DNA from: Felis catus
Lineage: Eukaryota
Reading direction: 5' to 3'
DNA: 64,000 nt
Assembly: GCF_018350175.1 (NCBI RefSeq)
Contig: NC_058368.1
Coordinates: forward strand, 150,786,001-150,850,000
Each line of letters opens with the position of its first letter. Position 1 is the stretch's first letter. Under the pieces are notes generated by a model, which was given only the letters and a program-made list of their open reading frames with translations, was not told the origin of the DNA and did no database searches. The translations under genes were made by a program, and so were the position numbers. Shown one piece after another: positions 1 through 12,337 of this stretch.

Positions 1-622
1 AAACACCATAGTATATTAAAACAATGGACTACTACACAGCAATATAAAAAAATGAATCACTGACACATTTTGCAATATGGAAGGATTGCAACCTAAATAT
101 GCTGAGAGAAGCTAGAAAAAAAAGAGTACAAATTATTTATATAATAGTCTAGGAAATTCAAATTAATATATAGTGACAGAAAGCTGACTGGTAATTGTCT
201 GAAGGAGTGATCAAGAGGTGGGAATTAGAAAGAGGTATAAGAAAACTTTCAGGAGTGATGGATGTATTCACTGTCTTGACTATGGTGATGGTTTCACAGT
301 TGTATACAAATGGAAAAACTTAAAGAATTATACAGTTAAGGGGTGCCTGGGCATCTCAGTTAAGTGTCTGATTCTTGATTTCAGCTCCAGTCATGATCTC
401 ACGGTTGATGGGTTTGAGCCCTGCATCAGGCTCTGCACTGACTGTGCGGAGCCTGCTTGGGATTTTCTCTTGTCTCCCTCTTTCTCTCTTCCCCTCCTGT
501 GTGCGCTCGCTCTCTCTCTCTCTCTCTCTCAAAATAAATAAATAAACTTTATGAAATAATTACACAGTTAAAAATAAGAAGTTTGTTATATGTTCATTTT
601 ACCTCAATAAAGCTGTTAAAAG
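1..622 (+). mobile_element. Old L1M (L1MC/ME-like) 3' end, interrupted by a SINE
   Basis: Motifs tggactactacacagcaat..., gactatggtgatggtttcacagttgtatac and terminal tacctcaataaagctgtt typical of ancient L1 3' UTRs. Confidence 0.75.
339..556 (+). mobile_element. Can-SINE (SINEC_Fc3-like)
   Basis: ggggtgcctgg head, (CT)n tract, aataaa tail; TSD aattatacagttaa/aattacacagttaa. Confidence 0.93.
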
Positions 623-3600
623 TAAATGAACTGATTAGAATGGATATAGCAACCAATCACCAATCAGAATGGATACACCAATCAGAATTTGAACAATAGG
701 TTTCAGGATTATCCAGGTAATTGGGACCATTTAGTTGACCATGAAGTATGTAGAGATTGGGATGGCCCTCTTCATCCCCTCCCTGATGTTTATGACCCCT
801 GGAAAGCCATTTTCCACCTTCTCTTGCTAAAGCCAATACAATTAGGAATAACGTGAGCATCACAACTTTTACATTCTACCTCGAACAGTGCCACAGGCCA
901 TGTGACTTAGGACAGGTGACAAAACTAATGTCACAATATTACTCGACAATTGTTTGCAGTAGAGGTAAACTGCAATATATTTTCTTCTAGAGTAAATGGG
1001 ATCCATCTAGAAAGTATTTCAGTTTTATAATTGTCTATTTTGCCATACCATCTCTATAAAGATTTTATCCTCCCTTTTTTTGCTATCATGCACGTGATAA
1101 AAATGGAGTGGGAAGGCGAAATTGGGGATACTGTTATCAAAACAACATGAATGACCCAAAGATATCTGTCTCAGGTAGATAGCCTATGTGACATGATCAA
1201 TTTCAACTCAATTCAGCAAAAATTTATTAAAATACACTGTAAGGTACAAAATCACCATATTCCAAAATCACTCTATCCTGGAATGGAGGACAACTGGCTG
1301 AATGCCTTGTGTAGAATAAAGGATTAAGATAACTCCAGGTTATTATTTTTAACTGTTCTATTTTATTTATAGTGAATGTTGTGTTTATTTACTTACAACT
1401 GAATTTTTAGATGCATAACTTGAGTTTGACGAGAGCCCATCTCAGGGACAGAGAAAGAAATAGTCCTCCACAGTTTTTAAGACTCTCAGTGACTAAACTG
1501 AAAGAAAAACATATGGGGGGAAAAACTGGAAGCAAATTGAATACATGTGCAAAAGTGACATTTTACTAAAAGAACATGCTTAAAACTGGGTTTCTTGAAC
1601 ATATGTCAATGAAATTGAAAATGAAATGTAGTCAGTGAGTAGAATGTATTTCTGAATGCAGAAGAACACGTGTGTTACATTACCTGAAATGGAAACGTTT
1701 TTTCATCTTGTCCCACTATGATTTTTTTATCCTAATTTTAGAGATACGATATTAAAAATATGTTAAAGAAAACAATTCTGTTTAGGGATTTATGTACATT
1801 TTAGTCTTTAAAAATCTCCATCGTTTTGCCAGGGTCAATCCTCACATCTCATAGATTTCCAAATTAAAATTTGCAAAATGAAAAATGTGCCACTGATCTT
1901 GGATTTAAACTCATAACTTATGTTAGTATGTAGCTAATTCTTGAATTTTAAACCTGTGTACAACAGCTATGGTTAAATATTTTTCTGATGTTTTTTCAAA
2001 ATAGAAAAAAATAAGAGAAGTTCTACTTTGTACTTTGTTCATTTCTCCTGGTTTTCTTTTTCATGTCTTCTTTCCTCTGTTCTTCCTTCTTTTTCTGTCA
2101 CTTCATTACTTAGCTTCTGATTTTTTCAGCTATTGTTAATGTGGGTCAGTGACCAAGACTTTGTCTTAACCTTGAAGATGCAATTGCTTTAGGCATGTCC
2201 TCACGCTATTTCTCCACTGCGCTTAGACGTTAAAAGAGCTCTTCAGATACAGTGTCTGTGAGATTGTTTTCTTTTGTTACCATTCAGCACTGGATTTTAA
2301 TTTAACCAGGACCAGTTTGGTCATAAAAGAATTCAAAGGGTTTTGAAGAAAAAATAATACAAAGGAAACAGTAAAATAAAATAAATAAAAAACAAACAAA
2401 AGCTTTTTAAGAGGTCCCACCACTCCATCTCCCTACCTAATTTCTGATGTTCCATATAATCTAGTCAGATGAATACACCTTCTTCCCTTCATACTTTTTG
2501 GTAAGAATCAAAAAAAGCTGTCTGGAAGTGGATACATACAGGGGAAACCCTGTACTTAGATTCCTGGAACTGGGGACTCTTGCTAGAATAATCCAACGAA
2601 CCTTTGGTATAGAGACAACTAAAAGAGCAGATTTCTTTGCTCTGTGGAATAATCTCTTGGTGTTCAGCGATGGCTGCTTGTGGTTGAGATGTTCAGTCAA
2701 CTTCTATTTCTCTTGCACTCCTTACCTGAAGGGAAATTTAAAGTGGCCATGGTATTTTATGGCCACATTCCAGATATCTAGGTGTTTCATCTGTATACAT
2801 TGGCAAAAATCCACCCTATTCATCTCATTGTATTTTCTTTAGGGCCCAATGTGGTACTGTATGTGAAATCACTTTGCAAACTATAAAAACGTGATAAAAA
2901 TGTGAGTATTGTTTACTGGAAACAATAGAACACTAGAAACTGATGTGGTATATATATAGCATTATCAGCCAGGTACATATCGATCAATTCAGGACCTTCA
3001 TTTTTTAGGTCCTGACACAAACACCTTGTTTGTGCAGACAGACTTTTTTTTAGTTCACAGAAAATCAGATCATTAGGTAGGGCTAACAAGCCGCTCCTTG
3101 TGATGTTTTCCCATGTAATCTGGAGGAAGTATTGAGAGAGTCTGTCAGCACTGAGCCATTTGGACATGGGAAATCTTATCAGAAAAAAAAATCTTGTCTT
3201 AGAGATATGTGAAAAATGTCCATGGACAAGCGATTTAGGTGATATTGCTAATAAACCCTATCCTCTATTACCGCATACCCATTCTCCAGCAAACTTACAG
3301 ACCCTCCTTTTCTCTCATTGATCCACTAACATAAAGTCTTTTTCTAATTCACTATTATAAGTAATTACAATTAGAATGGATTTATTAATTAATGTCTATT
3401 ATAATCATCATTAATTAATCTGAACTATACAGTATTTCATATAATCTGTTCCATAACTCTTCATCTTTAGAAAGAGAATTCAGAGTTGCCTCTGAGACAG
3501 TGGAACTCATGAAATCAGTTAGGGACTATAGACACAACAAAGAAATAAAACTATTTAGCACTTCAAAATGAAGAGCCAAACAGGAATTGCAAATCCCCAT

Positions 3601-4899
3601 GTTTATTTTGCCTGCAACAGGTTAAATCACTTAAAATTGGAAAAATCAATGCCATCTTCAAATTCTACTTTGTACAGTGTTTTTATTCATCAACTATGCA
3701 AGGAATATGATAATCTCAAAGTTTTACTCAGAGATCTATAATATTTAGACAACAAAAATTTTATTTACTTTCACTCAAATTTTTGTAAAAAATAAAATCA
3801 AAAGAAAGTAGTTTTTTAACTCAGAGCCTGACACTTATTTGCAAGAAATGGATGTTGATCGGAAAACAAAATACTATTTCAATCTATGTCTGAGGAAAGT
3901 TAGGAGAGCCTTTTAGAATATCCAAGTTCCATGTATTTACTTTAAAATGGCAACCTTTGCTAACTACCTTATTTACCTGCAACGAATTATTTTTACAAGT
4001 GTTTACTGTCCTTTCCAAAGACTAACATATCACGTCAACACTTTTTCTAATATAATGTCAAGCGGCAAGAATTATACAGAATACTGTTTCAAAGTAAGCA
4101 AACTTATACTGTGGGGATGACTGATGTAACCTAAGCAGATATTATAAGCAGAGACAGATACAGGCAAAGTTTTTGCCTTAAGAGATCCTAAAATGAAGTT
4201 GGATTAGAGGAGATACAGAAGACATAAAATTACACCTGTAATTTACCTTTTCCCCAAATAACTAGCTCTGTTATTATCTTCTACTGATAATTGATTTATG
4301 TATGGCTCAATCCAATAATTTCCTACTTTTATATACAGTGGAGGGTAGTGGCTTCCTAACTTCTATATACACATATAGGGCTTGAGACCATGTATCTCAA
4401 GAACATTGCTGCACGACATCTTTTAATATGTCATTGTTTAAGAACCAGCAAGTACGCACCTAGTCTGCTAAAAATGGCCTGGATAAGAAATGGGATATTC
4501 TGCAGAATCCTACATATCTCTCCACTGCTGCTTCCCGGGTTCTGTGTGTAGGTTACCTTGGTTGGTTAAAAAAGTCACTGATCTTTGGTTCTTGGTTTTA
4601 CTTCAGTCCTTGGCATTTCCTGTATGACTCGCGGTAATCAAATTTAGGAGCCTGCCATAACCCACCTGCAACTGATCCCACATGTTCTTTAGTGGTATTC
4701 TCACTGGCTCCTCCCCACAGTCTTGCTGCACCAGTCCCATAATACGCATGGTCTGACAGCTATGTCCGGTGTTTTCTTTTATCTATGCTAGCATACGTAT
4801 TTGGTCAATTCAGAAAAATAAGCAGTTTATTTTAATATTTAGTTGACCATCTGGGTGGCCAATTAGGAAATAACTGCATAAAACAGTCAAAAGACTGTA

Positions 4900-5450
4900 A
4901 GACTCAGAACTAAGACGATAGCAGGAGGGTGGAAATATGATGGGCTTAAGAGCTACTGAAGAGAGAGAATCAATAGGATTTGATGACTGATTGGCTGAAA
5001 GAGATAGAGAGGGAAAAGCCATGGATCATACCTTATTTCTGGCTCTAGAAATGGAGGTAATCATGAAGCCATTTATTAAAATGGGAGACACAGGAGGAAA
5101 AGCAGATTTTGGGTGAAGGAGATGTGATGAATTCAGTTTTGCATAATTGAATCACAGGCTTGTCTGTAAGACATCTAAGTTGTGATACTGATGTTCAGTT
5201 TATAGTTAAATACAGGGTCTACAGATCAAGCAAGAAATCTAGCTTTGGGATGTGCATTTGAGAATACGGTATTTAAAAAAGCTAAATGGTCTAAGGTATT
5301 TTAAATAAAGTGAAGAAGTAACATACAATAAGGTTTACTACAAAAGGCTGTTGATGAATATGGCTAGTAGAGTTTTAGTAAAATGATGGAACAGAAGCCA
5401 GATTCCGATGAAGGAGGAGTAAATGGAAAACAAGGGAATGGAATCCTTCA
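4900..5450 (-). mobile_element. L2 fragment
   Basis: Degenerate antisense L2 motifs (ggatttgatgactgattgg; aaaatgggagacacaggaggaaaagcagattttggg; gatgaattcagttttg). Confidence 0.65.
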
Positions 5451-5503
5451 TGCTTACAATGAGAACAGCTACTTTTTCTTTTTTTTTAAATCTCAGGATT
5501 AGA

Positions 5504-5717
5504 GGGGCGCCTGGGTGGCGCAGTCGGTTAAGCATCCGACTTCAGCTCAGGTCATGATCTCGCGGTCCGTGAGTTCGAGCCCCGCATCGGGCTCTGGGCT
5601 GATGGCTCAGAGCCTGGAGCCTGTTTCTGATTCTGTTGTCTCCCTCTCTCTCTGCCCCTCCCCCGTTCATGCTCTCTCTCTCTGTCTCAAAAATAAATAA
5701 ACGTTAAAAAAAAAATT
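5504..5717 (+). mobile_element. Young Can-SINE (SINEC_Fc)
   Basis: Near-consensus CpG-rich ggggcgcctgggtggcgcagtcggttaag; perfect TSD taaatctcaggattagag on both sides. Confidence 0.97.
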
Positions 5718-6636
5718 TAAATCTCAGGATTAGAGCCAAAATTAGTTATATATTTTCTAAAAAATTTAAAATGAAGTCTTTTACCTTTCTTTTGTATCTA
5801 TTCTTTATTCTCTCAGGTATCTGTGCTGAGGTACTTTATTTTCAAGAGACAATGTATATGAAATGTTTAGCACAAAGCCAACATAGTAAATGCTCAAGTA
5901 ATATAACTGCAGGTATTCCTTCCTACATATGTGATTCTAATCCACTTCTGAAGACGTGTGGGAAAGCAAAATTTTTTGTTGCAAGAGCAAATATTGCATT
6001 ATTTTAAATAGGAAAAATAATAATGCATTCTTAGTATAAGCGAAAGCCCCAACCAGTTCCCCTAAACATCATTTATACACTCTTACACATCTATATAATA
6101 ATCTACTAAGGATTTATGCATTATAAAAATACATAGTTCTTGATTATTTAACGTTTAATGAACACACTAGTGATTATGTTGGTGTGGATGAAAGACGTTA
6201 TGAGATTACAGATTACAATTTGCTTCTACACTGCAATGAATATGCGTTCTAACGTAAATAAGCAAGAAGATATGTAAAAAATACATATTAGATGCAAGTA
6301 ACAACAAAAATATAAAGAAGACATTTTGGCTTTAAATGGTTACTCTCAGAATAAGATTCAGTGATGAGGGAGACCTTTTCGCTTAATAATGCATAACATT
6401 GTTGAACAAGGCCAATGTTTAGCACTACGCTATTCAGAGAATATCAGAGATATCAACACATTGTTTTCTGTATCCTGTGCAACTCTCTGAAAGTTACATG
6501 GAAATTCATGGTAAGAATTTTAGATTCAAACACTAAATTTGGGGTAAATGTTTTTAAAAGTTGCTCTTACAACTTTTAGTATCATGTGGACCCGTGATGT
6601 GGGTGTGCTCTTGTTATGGACATGTGCAAAGCAGAG

Positions 6637-6823
6637 CAGGAGTTCTCAGCTGGGAGAGATTGTGCCTCCCAGGGGATACTTGGTAATGTCTGGGAGACAT
6701 TTTTGGTTGTCATAAAACAGAGGTCAGGGATACAGCTACACATCCTACAATGTACAGAACAGATCCTCATCACAAAGAATAACCCAGCCCAGAATGTCAT
6801 AGTGCTGAGGTGGAGAAACCCTG
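6637..6823. mobile_element. MER20 hAT-Charlie DNA transposon
   Basis: cagga gttctcagc...ggtaatgtctgggagacatttttggttgtcat...catcctacaatgtacagaac...agtgctgaggtggagaaaccctg with CAG...CTG ends. Confidence 0.85.
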
Positions 6824-7189
6824 AAGGAGAGAGAAAAGAATGGAATCAAACCAATATTTCAGAGGGAACCTCAACTGGAATAAGGAACAGATTGAATATT
6901 GCAAAATCAGAAGTTGGAATGAGTTGATGTTATTAGCTTGGGGAACCATGAAGCTGATCTTTTCATCAACAGCACTAATAAATCTAAGAAAAGGAGCTAC
7001 TTGGGGAAGGAACTGTGAGAAAAAATATTAAGTTTAGTTTCTACTATGTTATACACTTCAGGTATGGGTGAAACATTCAAATGCATGAAATAATTTTAAT
7101 TCGTGCAGGAGTTTTTGTCTAAGTTTTCTAGTCAATTATTTTTTTTAAATAAAGTATTTAAATACTCTTCAGGTTATAAGTCTGAACTC

Positions 7190-7380
7190 TAACTCAGTCC
7201 CATACATCATACCTTTTTCACATGTAAGCTCAGCCTTCAAGAAACTACAGAAGAATGAGATTACTACCCCATTTAATGGGTGAGAGAGATGAGGCTTAGA
7301 AAGGTTAAGCAACAAACGTGATACAGCTACTAAATCATCATATTAAGATTTAAACCAATGTCCTCTAAGTCCCGAGCTGT
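7190..7380 (-). mobile_element. MIR fragment
   Basis: ccccatttaatgggtgagagagatgaggcttagaaaggttaagcaac core. Confidence 0.6.
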
Positions 7381-7481
7381 TTCTAAAATAATTTTGTTTT
7401 AGTACTCAGTTGTGCTCCAATTATTTCAGACAATCCCCTGCAACCACATCTTTACTGACCTTTATAAGTAACTTCCCCCAG

Positions 7482-7483
<2 letters not shown>

Positions 7484-7523
<40 letters not shown>

Positions 7524-7543
7524 ACACACTCATGCACACACAC
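7484..7543. repeat. (CA)n microsatellite, interrupted
   Basis: Direct reading. Confidence 0.97.
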
Positions 7544-7989
7544 TTTTAAATACATTTTTTTTTGTTCTTATAAAAGTAATATATGTCAGTGCAGAATTTT
7601 GGAAAATATAAAGAGTAAAGTCAAATGGATAAAAATCATCATTACTTCCACCACTTAGAAATATCTACTAATAAATAAATTTTAGGTAATGATTTGAATT
7701 TGTATTGTTTTTCATTTTCTCCGTTGACGGTTTTGCTGATATCCAGTGCTATTGCTAAAATTAATCACAAGGAATTAGAAAGAGGAGATAAAGGGAAAGA
7801 TGGCACACAAGCCAGAGAATTTGCTCTCAAATTCATAAAGAAGAAACTTGGGTGAGGTGGAGGTAGAGAGGGAATATCTAGAGTCTCTCTTCGCCCAAGG
7901 AGTACTAGGCACTTAATAAGTCTTAGTTCATCTGTCATCTCTATGCTCCACTAATGACAAGATTAAATTGAAGCTGCACATTCCAGAGT

Positions 7990-8180
7990 GCTTATCATTT
8001 CCAGACTCGGTACTAAGAGCTTTACTCACATTATCTCATTTTATCCCTGCAGCAACTTCAAGTAGGATATTATTATTTCCAACTTAGAGAAGAAACCTAA
8101 GCTTCAAGAGATTTTAAAAACTTGCCAAGTTCCACATCCAGTAATTGGGGAAGCAAGGATTCTACGGCAAATTTGTCTGG
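7990..8180 (-). mobile_element. MIR
   Basis: tactaagagctttactcacattatctcattttatccctgcagcaac...attattatttccaacttagagaagaaacctaagcttcaagag. Confidence 0.7.
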
Positions 8181-10335
8181 TCATAGAGGCAGTGTTCTTA
8201 CTCTTTGCCTATGCTGCCTCCTCCCACTGCAGAAAGCCAGGTGTGGACAAATACATAATTCAGGAAAGTGAGAAGAGAGCACAGAATACTGTCTCATGGT
8301 TTCTAGTTTCAGACTTCCTTTTTTTTTTCCCCTCTCTCTCTCTCTCTTGATAGGAGTAGGCTGACATATGGCCTCCGGAGTATGGTTCCAGGATTCAGTC
8401 ACTAGGTGTTTTAGATTTGATTCCATTGGAAAAATACAGTGTGATAAGTAACGTGCGTGAGAAGATTAGTATGTGCCCGACACAAGAGTTCGCTGAATGA
8501 ATGATCAGAAGAAAGGAGCTCCACCAAACTGAAGACCCTTTCTCAGGAGTAACTCTAATACCAAGTTGAGTCAGACTCCTACCAAAGTTTACCACTTATT
8601 GACTTGGAATAGTTGCATTTCAACAGAGAGATGCTGGCTGACTGAAAGGACTATCACATGCTTCTTTTCTTGAGGTGAGACTACTGCTCATGGAAAAGAG
8701 ATGAATATCAGAGTTAAAAACTGTGGGATTAAAAATGAGCACATTTGGGTTTGAATTTAAAATAAATAAGCACAATTCCCTTGTTTTTGACAAATATTTG
8801 GAAAATGTAGTCTTTGGCTTTTAGTTTTAGGCTGTAGGATGGAGCTGTTGTAGAAAAGACTAAATGAGTAATATTCTGGCTGCATTTTCTCAGCCAGCTC
8901 TCCAGGTTGGGAATATTCTGTATCTGTGGAAACATGCTCTTCCTGTAAGGCTCAATGTAGATCATTGGTTTTACATGAAGGCCTCTATTAATCTAGTCAT
9001 TCACAGACATTTTTATGCATAATTGTTGGGTAATAGTCTGTGTTTATTTTTATGATAAATGTTTCAAAGCTACTGTTCTCTGGGGTTCTCACATAAAGGA
9101 AAATATTTATCTCATTGGAATTTTAACCACACTACAATTAAAATGAAATGCAATCGATAAAATATTAATGCAGGTATGTTTGAAGATCAACTACTTAATG
9201 ATTAGGCCCCTATCTATCATTCCCTAGCTTTCTGAAGGTCAATATATAGCAGAGTCAATGAGTTAACCAGCAAATCAGAAATACAATATCTGTCTAATTG
9301 TGGGTCTATTATTAATTTCTTAATGAAGTGTGTGACTTGTTGATGAGAGTTTATGCTGCCTATTCTTTTTAAAATCTCATGCCACGCTGGGTTGTTACTT
9401 CAAAGTCTCAGATAATTGAACATTATTTTTTAATGCTAGATATCACTGTAACGCTATAGGAAATAGAATCATAGGATGTGAAGGGAAGAAATGGCTACAT
9501 AGGTCTCTTCTCACCCTTTCTTTTGGAGAAAGTGACACTGAACATCACTAAAGACAATAGAGTTTCTCAGTATCACATGGTTAGTGGTGAAGCTGACCCA
9601 GAACCCAGGTCTCCTGATTCCCAGGCCACTGCTCTTCAAGACTCCAAGCCATTGAATCTCAAGATTCCAACCCAGGGTCTGGTTCTGCAGATGCTGTGGG
9701 TAATTTGCCGTGCAAATTATGAGCCTGGCCTTTTATTTCCTGTACTGTTTTCTAAGCAAAGTGAAGTAGGAATTAAGTAGGTAGGTAGAAAGGAGCAGCA
9801 GTTTCACTAACTGGAAATTTTCTCTCATGGTGGCAGGAGCCAGGTGCATTTTTGAGGCTACTTATGGTGAGGGTGAGCCCCCACCTTCTACTTGTAAGTG
9901 AGTATCTGAAATGACTAGCACCAACTTTAATCTTATAAAAACTACCACCTCTAGGTCTCAGGCAGAAGGAAGAACTCCTTGGAGTTCCTGCCAGGTACAA
10001 GGGATTACTGAAAAATAATGATATCTCAATTGCCATTATGGTGTTTTATGTCGGTAATAGAAGTCAAAAAATAACAATGAATTTCCCCACTAATTTTCCA
10101 TGGCTACTTTCTATATGAGTCAACTTTAATAATTCATTTTACTTTGTGCTGGGTAACAAAACGGTTCTAAGCTTTGGTCATTTGTGTGACACTAGCAGCA
10201 CTCCGCAAAGGAGGAAAGAAAGTTCTTGAACTGAGGTTTTACTCTAAGTGTACAAAATTATAGCAAAAAAACAAACACAAACAAAACTCTAAACAGAAAT
10301 GGCTATTCATTTCAGTTTTCACTGGTTTTCGTAAA

Positions 10336-10507
10336 GGGCGAGTGTGAGCAGGGGAGGGGCAGGGAGAGAGGGAGAGAAAAGAATCCCAAGCAGGCTCCAC
10401 ACCCAGTATGGAGCCCAACTCTGGGCTAGATCCCTTGACCCTGGGACCATGACCTCAGCTAAAATCAAAAGTCAGATGCTTAACCGACTGAGACACCCAG
10501 GCACCCC
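10336..10507 (-). mobile_element. Can-SINE (older, tail eroded)
   Basis: Reverse complement of SINEC head: gatgcttaaccgactgagacacccaggcacccc. Confidence 0.9.
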
Positions 10508-10976
10508 TCATACCAGTTTTTAAAACATTTACTTTCATCATGTAAATGGTCACTGGGCAGTCAGAACAAGGTAAAGAAAATTAAGCTTGGCAATATTATC
10601 AAAACGGCATCAATTCTCTTATCAAAATAGAGTACCTCTGTTAAACTGATCCCAGAATTTGACCTTCAGCACTGCTCAAAAAAGTTTCAACTGATTCAAT
10701 GACATTTTTCAATTTGATGGTTAGATAAGGGGCAACAGCCAAATCAGACGGGCCAGCTGAATCCTAATTCCTCCTCTTATCCACCCACATTTCCTCATTA
10801 CCTTCTCATGTGTGAACAAGTTAGCCAGAGTCATGGAGTAGAGAGAAGAGTCAGTTCTTTCTACAAGAGGTTTGTGTCTCAGCTTTCGAAGCACCGGAAG
10901 AGAAACGTACCTCTGTGTCTTTTACATGTCTACAAACTGAAATTCCTGGTTTGCAGTATAATCAAGTGTGATAGCA

Positions 10977-11184
10977 GGGCACCTGGGTGGCTCAGTCAGT
11001 TAAGAGTCTGACTTCTGCTCAGGTCATGATCTCACAGTTTGTGAGTTCGAGCCCTGCATCGAACTGACAGCTCAGAGCCTGGAGCCCGCTTTGGAGTCTG
11101 TGTCTCCCTCTTTCTCTGCCCCTCACCCGCTCACGCTCTCTCTCTCCTTCAAAAATAGATTAAACATTAAAAAAAGAAAAAAAA
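10977..11184 (+). mobile_element. Can-SINE (SINEC_Fc2-like)
   Basis: gggcacctgggtggctcagtcagttaag head, CT tract, A tail. Confidence 0.94.
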
Positions 11185-11867
11185 GCTATAGCTGGCAGAG
11201 GTCTTGGACAACACTCAACTCTGTGTTTCCCAGGTTGAGGGATATATATGGACCAATGGTGTATACAAGATAATTTTAGCAGGCATATCGATACCAAAGA
11301 ACACAATAAGAAAGTTTGCATTATTTCAGGTTTTTTGAGACTTCTAATTATATCTGGAAGAAAGTCTCAGACTGGGGCAGACAAAGAACTCTCTACCACT
11401 TTTCTCTTGCTTTTTAAGAAACAGAAAGCAAGCCTCAGGCTCAGTCTTCAGCAGACAACTCTGTGGAGCTAGAATTTAATAACACTGTATGGTTTCCACT
11501 AAATAAATTTTGTCCATTTACTTATGGCGGAGACACAAAACTTTCTTTTAAGATACATTTAGTTAAGTTAAAAAAATTTTTAAGTTAATTCAGGACAAAA
11601 ATTAAGTAAACATTAGTTCAGAGAAGACAGCAATGCAAATATTACATAAAGGCTATAGTCATTGAAACAGTAAAAGTCACAAAGGTGCTGGGGAGCTGGA
11701 GACTGACTCACTGGATAGGTGGGAAACTCAAAGCCTTGAGAGGGCAGAAAATCCCAGTCAGGACAGTCTGTAGTCCACAGGCCATTTGCCAAGTAAATGT
11801 CACTTCTCTTTTTGAATCATTTCCAAAAAATTACTAATTTGAATCATTTTGCTTAAAATGGCTTTTT

Positions 11868-12090
11868 GGGGGCACCTGGGTGGCTCAGTCAGTTAAGTAT
11901 CTGACTTCGGCTCAGGTCAAGATCTCACGGTTCATGAGTTTGAACCCCATATTGGGTTCTGTGCTGACAGCTTGGAGCCTGCTTCAGATTCTGTGTCTCC
12001 CTGTCTCTCTCTGCCCCTCCCCCACTCACACTCTGCGTCTCTCCCTCTCTCAAAAATAAATAAACATTAAAAAAATAAAATAAAATAAAA
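11868..12090 (+). mobile_element. Can-SINE (first of tandem pair)
   Basis: Full head, CT tract, (taaaa)n tail. Confidence 0.94.
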
Positions 12091-12099
12091 TGGCCTTTC

Positions 12100-12337
12100 G
12101 GGGCACCTGGCTGACCCAGTTGGTTCAGCATCCAACTTTGGCTCAGGGCATGGTCATGTGGTTCATGAGTTCAAGCCCTGTGTTGGGCTCTGCTAACAGA
12201 TCAGGGCCTGGAGCCTGGTTCAGACTCTGTCTCTCCCTCTCTCTCTCTCTGCCCCTCCTCCACTCATGTTCTGTCTCTTTCTGTCTCTCAAAAATGAATA
12301 AATGTTAAAAAAAATTTTTTAAATAAATAAAATAAAA
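12100..12337 (+). mobile_element. Can-SINE (second of tandem pair)
   Basis: Full head, CT tract, A-rich tail. Confidence 0.93.

Noticed and set aside
2498..2842. 114-aa plus-strand ORF and overlapping minus ORF
   Set aside because: Non-ATG start, no homology recognised, no convincing exon boundaries.
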